Positions 62,343 through 64,000 of a stretch of 64,000 bases of DNA are shown in pieces. Below the pieces are notes generated by a model that was not told the DNA's origin, searched no databases, and was given only the letters and a program-made list of their open reading frames with translations. How positions within the stretch are numbered: position 1 is the stretch's first letter; every line of letters begins with the position of its first letter. The position numbers and the translations under genes were made by a program. Where the stretch lies: the NCBI GenBank assembly GCA_963811105.1, contig CAWEPZ010000013.1:168686-232685 (forward strand). Direction: 5' to 3'. The stretch comes from Candidatus Bathyarchaeota archaeon (GTDB lineage: Archaea; Thermoproteota; Bathyarchaeia; Bathyarchaeales; Bathycorpusculaceae).

Positions 62343-62831
62343 ATGACCGAAGAAATTCAGATACGTAAATTATTGCTTGATTTCTATTCTTCAGAATTGA
62401 CAACTCATAGTCGTTTGATTATAGGTTTTTCAGTATTACTATTCACATTTTTGAGTCTCGCGCCAAGCTTTTACGCGTCTTCGTTGCAGAAGGGAATATC
62501 TTTGTTTAGCCTATGGTTAGTAGCTGGAACGTTTTGGTATTTGATAATGCGACACATTTCATATGGAATATTGTCAAACGCTACCTTGCACGCTGTAATA
62601 CCCGATAAAGCAAATCTTGAACAAGCACGAAATTCGGTGGTCAGTCATGCATTGAACGAAAAAATCCTTGGTGTTTTTCCAAGTGGTTGCTTTATTTCTG
62701 CTGGTGGCAACTTTATTTCTGATAATCCAAACGAAGGGAAATATGCTCGATATTTGGGATTCATCATCTGCTTCGTAATATTTGGCATTGCAACATCTGT
62801 TCTTTTAAGTCTTGCTAAAGGGCTAATTTGA
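62343..62831 (+). CDS. Hypothetical membrane protein
   Basis: ATG ORF with three hydrophobic segments. Confidence 0.55.
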   Translation: MTEEIQIRKLLLDFYSSELTTHSRLIIGFSVLLFTFLSLAPSFYASSLQKGISLFSLWLVAGTFWYLIMRHISYGILSNATLHAVIPDKANLEQARNSVVSHALNEKILGVFPSGCFISAGGNFISDNPNEGKYARYLGFIICFVIFGIATSVLLSLAKGLI

Positions 62832-63128
62832 TTAACCTCGATATGATAAGTGCATTATTAATTGCTTATTTCCAAAAATCCATTACACAAGTTGTTGTGG
62901 ATGGCTTGAGAAAGAACAATTGTGCTTCGCATCCCTGAAAATCTTGGATCGCTTAGCTTACAATTTTGGGCTATTGATAAAATGTTATTAATAACTTGGA
63001 GCCTAAGAGACCCGGCTCCAATAGGGAATAACCCGGTCCAACTCCCATAAGAAGCAGAAATGCTTTCTGTGAATGGTTTTTCCAGGGCTGAGGCGCTTGG
63101 CGATTCTTTTTAGTTATTGGACCAGCCC

Positions 63129-63791
63129 TCATTTGGGTTCAAATTCCACCGTTCCGCCATAACCTCCTCCCGTTAATATTGGATAAAATACATTACCGTT
63201 GCTGTCAACTACTGTTGCTATTGTACCTGAATTGATTTCCGTGGCGCCTGTCCAATTCCACATTTTCACGTTTTTCACTTCCAGTGACACTCCGTTCCAA
63301 ACACACAGCTCAGCCCACCAGCCGCGCGCGACCGAAAGGTCGTTATCGCGACCGCCTGTCACTACCTCGTTTTTACCGTCTACATCCACATCCCCTGCAG
63401 TAACCGAATAGATTTGCGCGCCATCAGCCCATTTCCCATACCAACCTGTCATGCTCTTCAATACTAATGTATGACCGTTCCAAACAGCTAACTGTGCCAA
63501 CTCCCAAGAAGTACCGCAGTAGCCTCCTGTTACGATTTCAGTTTGGCTGTCGCCATCCACATCTTCGATAGCAACAGAAGAGACGTATGAGGCACCATTT
63601 ATATTAGAAGCCCAAGTCCATTCTACATTCTTTTTCCGCGCCAAAGTCACGCCATCCCAAACACACAACTGAACACTAGACCTTCGTCCGCAAGACCCAA
63701 TTGGCAAAACCAACTTAGCAAAGGTAGATGATGATGGCGTGTTTTTTTCACTCCCATCATCATCTTCTAAGCCAAAGCGAGATGCTTTCAT
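63129..63791 (-). pseudogene. Chimeric remnant: HTH-gene fragment joined to ~2.5 divergent Cys-type blades
   Basis: MKASRFGL...EKNTPSSSTFAKLVLPI-GSCGRRSS-VQLCVWDG; same junction as at 49109-49160. Confidence 0.7.
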
Positions 63792-64000
63792 TATCTTCCG
63801 TCATAAAGTTTTAAGATTCGAGATACAGCCCAAATCCAGCTTATACAAGTGTTGCTAAATGAATCGAAGGATACCCTCGCCGCCTCAGATTTACGAATAG
63901 ATTGTGTGATGAACCTTAATATAGAGTAAATGGCGACATCTCCCGCATTTTCTCTTTTTTTCTAATTCTCAGTCATTTACTCGTCCGACTGGTCTTTTAT

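Overview
Accessory, AT-rich archaeal region. Bathyarchaeia-like origin is inferred from the integrase C-termini, the small HTH family and the gene style. The left third (1-20 kb) is a patchwork of small modules: DUF3131 plus GT4, a YVTN surface protein, a REC-PAS histidine kinase, an esterase/amidase/M28 operon, an EFR1 operon, a VOC protein, a PIG-V-like transferase and a REC protein. Several are bounded by 31-33 bp direct repeats. The right two thirds (20-64 kb) are dominated by eight secreted proteins that each carry exactly seven ~56-aa FG-GAP-like blades (WYW...DxDGDG...GG...AQLxxW). The blades are fused to unrelated payloads (GH17, GH-A, NosD helix, PPC-like x3, InlB-like x12 with permuted NlpC/P60, V8 protease) or stand alone. 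Six orphan fragments of the same module, a nested glycosylation cluster, a vapBC pair between two tRNA-Ala 3' fragments, and remnants of integrases, HTH genes and IS110 are interspersed. The best candidate for a new system is this portable, recombining propeller tag, a putative lectin-type anchor or docking module. About ten genes have single indels, probably sequencing errors. All family calls are by eye; no searches were run.
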